Below are positions 61,403-64,000 of a stretch of 64,000 bases of DNA, one piece after another. Source of the stretch: Mobula hypostoma. Lineage: Eukaryota. The stretch lies in NCBI RefSeq assembly GCF_963921235.1, contig NC_086097.1, positions 108,378,001 to 108,442,000 on the forward strand, given 5' to 3'. The position numbers were made by a program, and so were the translations under genes. Numbering within the stretch: position 1 is the first letter of the stretch; the number at the start of each line of letters is the position of its first letter. The notes beneath the pieces were generated by a model that had not been told where the DNA came from, searched no databases, and was given only the letters and a program-made list of their open reading frames with translations.

Positions 61403-64000
61403 TGACCATTTAATTGAGGTGTTTAAGATGACTGAAGGAATTAGTAGAAAAGAAGTAACTTTTCCTTCTGAGGGTTGGGTGGTTCTGAAGAAGTCGTTGG
61501 CTTAAATCTACAGCAGAGCTCTCCATTCTGCTGTGATGTGATGGAGTGGTTCTTCATGTAAAGGTTAATGGAAATCTTATTCTACAAAAGATAAGGTACC
61601 TGACTAGAATATTTCAGAACAAAGACTGATGCATGTTTTACAGCCAGATATATCACAGAAGCTGAGATGGAATATTAAATTTGTTTACTGGGCTTTGTTT
61701 TCAAACTAATGTGCTCAATTTACTTGCTCAAGTTCCAATCTAATGATTTCAATTAAATGTTGTGCTCTTCTCAACACTGATGATGAAACACAAATGATTC
61801 AAATTTTTGACCCTGTAATTGGGCCCTTGCAGACTTTCAGCTGCTTCTCTATTCATAGTGTTGGGATTTAAAAACCATTAATTGCACAATTGCCGTTGGT
61901 ACTGGCGAGTGTCTGTTAAGGAAGCTGTGCAGCTTGTTCATCAGCCTCTTATTATGAAGAGGCTGCAGTTCCTGTTGCGTATTTCTAAATATATTTGCCT
62001 TAGCAGCAGGAAGCTGGCAAAAAGGAAGTACAAGAGCCTTAATTTGCTATGACATGCATTCCGGAAGTCCTTCAATGACTTTGTGATTGCAGTTGCTGTC
62101 AGCGTGTGTTTTTGTTTCTAAATTATAACATAGAGAAATTGATGGTTCTTGTTAAAGGGGTAGTGACATAAAATTAAATGGAGCAAGTTGTGATGTGTTA
62201 TAAATACCTTTTGGCCACCCTTTAGATCTTATTTGTACTATAGAAATAAAAAACCTTTTAATTTTTGTGGACTAATCATCAGGCAAATGCATCTCTGGCA
62301 GAAATTCAGGAAAGGGTGTGATGTCTTGCTTTTAGGAAATAGTGTCAGTGTTCAAAGCTTAAAGTAAATTTATTATCAAAGTACGTATATGTTACTATAT
62401 ATATCCAGAGATTCATTTTCAAGGTTCAAGATTTAATGTCATTTTTAATGTCATTTTCAGTACGCAAGTGTAAAGAAATAATTGTTAGCTCCAGATCTGA
62501 TGCAGCATAAAAAAAAACACATAAGATAAAGAACACAGTAATAAAAAAACACATTAAAAAGGTGTATCCTCAAGAAGAGTTTCAATGCTCATCCACCTAA
62601 CCTGGGTGCGAGGTTGGATTGCTCAAAGCGCCAAGCCTATTTGGGGAGATCGAGAACAGCCTGGGACTGTGTGGTCTGGGTATGTCGCTGTGCCGGGTCC
62701 AGGTTCTAGACCAAGGCACTACTCAGTGCTTGGACAATTTAAAAGGCCGTCCCAGATAGATTGGAAAGCCTGTGTGTGGAAGCGCGGGTCGGGCTGACTT
62801 TGCTCGTTCTCCCGCAATGTTCATTCTTCACTGTGGTGGCTGTCATCTCTGTGAGGTTTACGGCGTTTTTGCCCACTAATATGATGAACTGAGATTGAGG
62901 CTTGGGCCTACTACACCGGCTGCTCCAGAGAGTGGATCCAAGGACTCAATCTGGTTCAGAGTGCTGCCATTTGCTCCCATTGTTGGCATGATGTGTCTTT
63001 TGCTTTTTCCTTTTTCTGCACAGTAATTATGTTCTTTCTTTTTTTTTAATTGGATATTTCAGGTTTCTTTCTTTGTGGCTACCTGTAAGCAAACAAATCT
63101 CAAGGTGTATAATTTATACATTCTTTATAATAAATGTACTTTGAGTTGATTTGATTTGATTTGAAGAAACGTCTCAGCCCAAAAGGTCGATTGTTTATTC
63201 ACATCCATAGATACTGCCTGATCTGCTGAATTCCTTCTGCATTTTGTGTGTTACATTAAAATATAAGTACATAAGATAGCTTATATACCTAGATGGTCTG
63301 GCCACAAAGTGGCGCGAGGTACACGAGTGTCTGCGTGTGAAGTGACTCTGACAGGAAATGACAAAGCAGTGTTAAAATATGATAAACTGGAAACTGTTGT
63401 TTTGCAGGCATTCACAGTGGAACAAAGGCATAGACTAGAATCAATGAAAAACTACACACAGACTGACAAACAACCAATAACCAAAAGGAGACAAACTGTG
63501 CAAATACAAAATAAACAAACAATCATAAATAAATCCATACATAAATACTACTGAGAACATGAGTTGTAGAGTCCATGAAAGTGAGGCCATAGGTTGTGGA
63601 GTCAGTTCAGAGTTGAGGTGAGTGAAGTTATCCACTCTGGTTCAGGAGCCTGATGGTTGAAGTGTAAAGAAAGGGTGTATCTTTGGGTCTCTTTTACTTC
63701 AATTGCAACGACAATTTCATGCATAACTTAGCAAAAGATTGCAGGGTACTTTGCAAGAGTATATCCAACAGAATTTGACACTATATCACATGAAAGCATC
63801 GGGGCAGGTATTTAGAATGTTGTTCGAAGCAGTAGCTTTTAAGAAGTGTCAAAGGAGAAGAGAGAGGAAATGAGGCAAATGAATTTCAGGGCAGAAATCC
63901 AGAACCTTTGCAAAGATTGCAGTGTATAGATGGAGAGTTAATTCAACATTATTAAAACGTCAAGATTTTTGTGATTTTTTGTAAAAACAGATCCAGTTTT

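Overview
Eukaryotic, vertebrate genomic DNA. The repeat repertoire (CR1 LINEs, HE1/V-SINE-like SINEs, Penelope-like repeats, Rex1/Babar) suggests a cartilaginous fish, probably a ray; this is inference. The window lies inside a large + strand gene that I recognise as OXR1. Three coding exons with canonical AG/GT boundaries are visible (32190-32272, 54576-54683, 57767-57880); they splice in frame and encode the LysM region. The ORF track catches the first exon only inside a longer read-through ORF and misses the other two. Most of the rest is intronic transposon debris from many superfamilies, often nested: CR1, Rex1/Babar, L1, Hero (RLE LINE), Penelope-like (with minimal hammerhead ribozymes), Helitron, Tc1/mariner, PIF/Harbinger, hAT, Chapaev3 and tRNA-SINEs, plus a 20x31-bp minisatellite. 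The most striking unexplained signal is a compact, doubly pseudoknotted RNA motif in the Hero 3' UTR (24938-25056, minus strand). It contains a canonical kink-turn and hammerhead core sequences in a non-standard strand order. All family assignments were made by eye from motif knowledge; no database search was run.
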